From Phallusia mammillata (taxonomy: Eukaryota), in contig OZ281499.1 in NCBI GenBank assembly GCA_965637545.1, positions 11,656,001 to 11,720,000 on the forward strand: DNA of 64,000 nt, given 5' to 3'. Under the pieces are notes generated by a model. It did no database searches. It was not told the DNA's origin and saw only the letters and a program-made list of their open reading frames with translations. The position numbers and the translations under genes were made by a program. Below are positions 63,001-64,000 of the stretch, piece by piece. Numbering within the stretch: position 1 is the stretch's first letter; each line of letters begins with the position of its first letter.

Positions 63001-63809
63001 CTTTAACGAACATTTAAACTCCAACACATTGTAGGTCTCATGCAATTACCTTTTTTACAATTGATCCAATAATGTTCACTGAAGGCTACGCACGAACGTA
63101 GCAAAGTTTTACACGCAAGATTTTTCGGTTGAAAGAAAAACAAATATCATATTCTCAAGCCGAATATATGGCCAAATAACAACAAACAAAGCAAAAAGTG
63201 GTTACAACAAACATAAAAACTATAATGCAGTGTCATTTTGTGTTTCACGTTACGGCTGGCCGGCTGATGCTGACCCTATTACGTCATAGGTCGGTCATAA
63301 TCACGTGCCATAACAAGTGATGTTTACAATATACCAGTTCTTACACCAGCGTCCAGCTACGTTTACGTTACCAGCAACTCTTTGTAACTTACTTTACCTT
63401 TACGTTTAGATTAGATTGTTAGTTCATTAATATCAATATTTTGTTGCCACTAATGCAATTACAGTATTGTATAGTTGTGATGCACAAAAAAATGTTGGTA
63501 CTCGTAGTCCCGTACCAGTATGTCAAGTTTAGTTTGGATTTGTGCAATATAGAAGCATATGTTATACAACCATGTTTAAATAATTTTCTGACTTTACGAG
63601 GTGTAATTCTGGGGAGCATTATTTATCTTATTGTTTAAGAGCTTGTCGGCAAAATGTTCAGCTCAAACAAAATTTGAACCTCTTTTTGTGTTATTATAGG
63701 TATGGTGCTGCACATTGCAACTCTACTGGTGTAAACATCAACAGTCCACACTTGTTGTTTAAAAAGATTCTCCTCAACAAATTTAATAGTCCAACTTGGT
63801 GACTAGACA

Positions 63810-63875
63810 ATGGAGGCCCCAGTAAAGCCAAGAAAAAACAGGAACAAGTTGGTCAAGACTACATTAAACAAAAAA
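63810..63875 (+). CDS. Possible first coding exon of an unidentified downstream gene
   Basis: ATG in ACAATGG context, 22 codons MEAPVKPRKNRNKLVKTTLNKK, then a GTTTGT donor. It lies in a CpG-poor stretch downstream of a CpG-rich promoter-like patch at about 63240-63370. No homology recognised. Confidence 0.25.
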
Positions 63876-64000
63876 GTTTGTAGCAATATTTATAATTTTT
63901 GCATGATGTCTAAGTGTTGCACGATTATAATTCCTTGTGCAAGAAAATTGCCCAGTCATGTTTCAAACATGTGTTGGCATGTTCTAGTTCAGGGCTCTTC

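Noticed and set aside
1-64000. CRISPR arrays, rRNA/tRNA genes, prokaryotic operons or viral insertions
   Set aside because: None seen. The window is spliced eukaryotic DNA with no repeat-spacer array and no long intronless ORF cluster.

Overview
Eukaryotic, AT-rich, intron-dense genomic DNA. It is most likely from an ascidian tunicate or a similarly compact invertebrate chordate (inferred, not proven). The six-frame ORF track is mostly uninformative because the genes are spliced, so I assembled exons by hand from GT-AG boundaries and reading-frame phase. Three genes are well supported. (1) A complete 18-exon FNIP (folliculin-interacting protein) gene on the minus strand, 573-6170, about 1133 aa. 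(2) A complete, roughly 77-exon FRAS1 gene on the plus strand, 11406-59304: signal peptide, 6 VWC, furin-like repeats, CSPG repeats, 5 Calx-beta, TM and a C-terminal GTEV. It has an 11.3 kb second intron. (3) A secreted selenoprotein glutathione peroxidase (GPx3-like) on the minus strand, 60506-61777, with an in-frame TGA (Sec) and a clear type II SECIS. The most unusual element is a 579 bp Penelope-like retroelement insertion in a FRAS1 intron (55852-56430). It has a 12 bp TSD, a GIY-YIG endonuclease remnant, and two inverted 86 bp termini that each contain a minimal hammerhead ribozyme; one hammerhead is sense in the FRAS1 pre-mRNA. Also present: several hAT-type MITEs (one duplicates a splice donor), a foldback MITE with a 9 bp TSD, and sharply bounded CpG-depleted domains at gene 5' ends.
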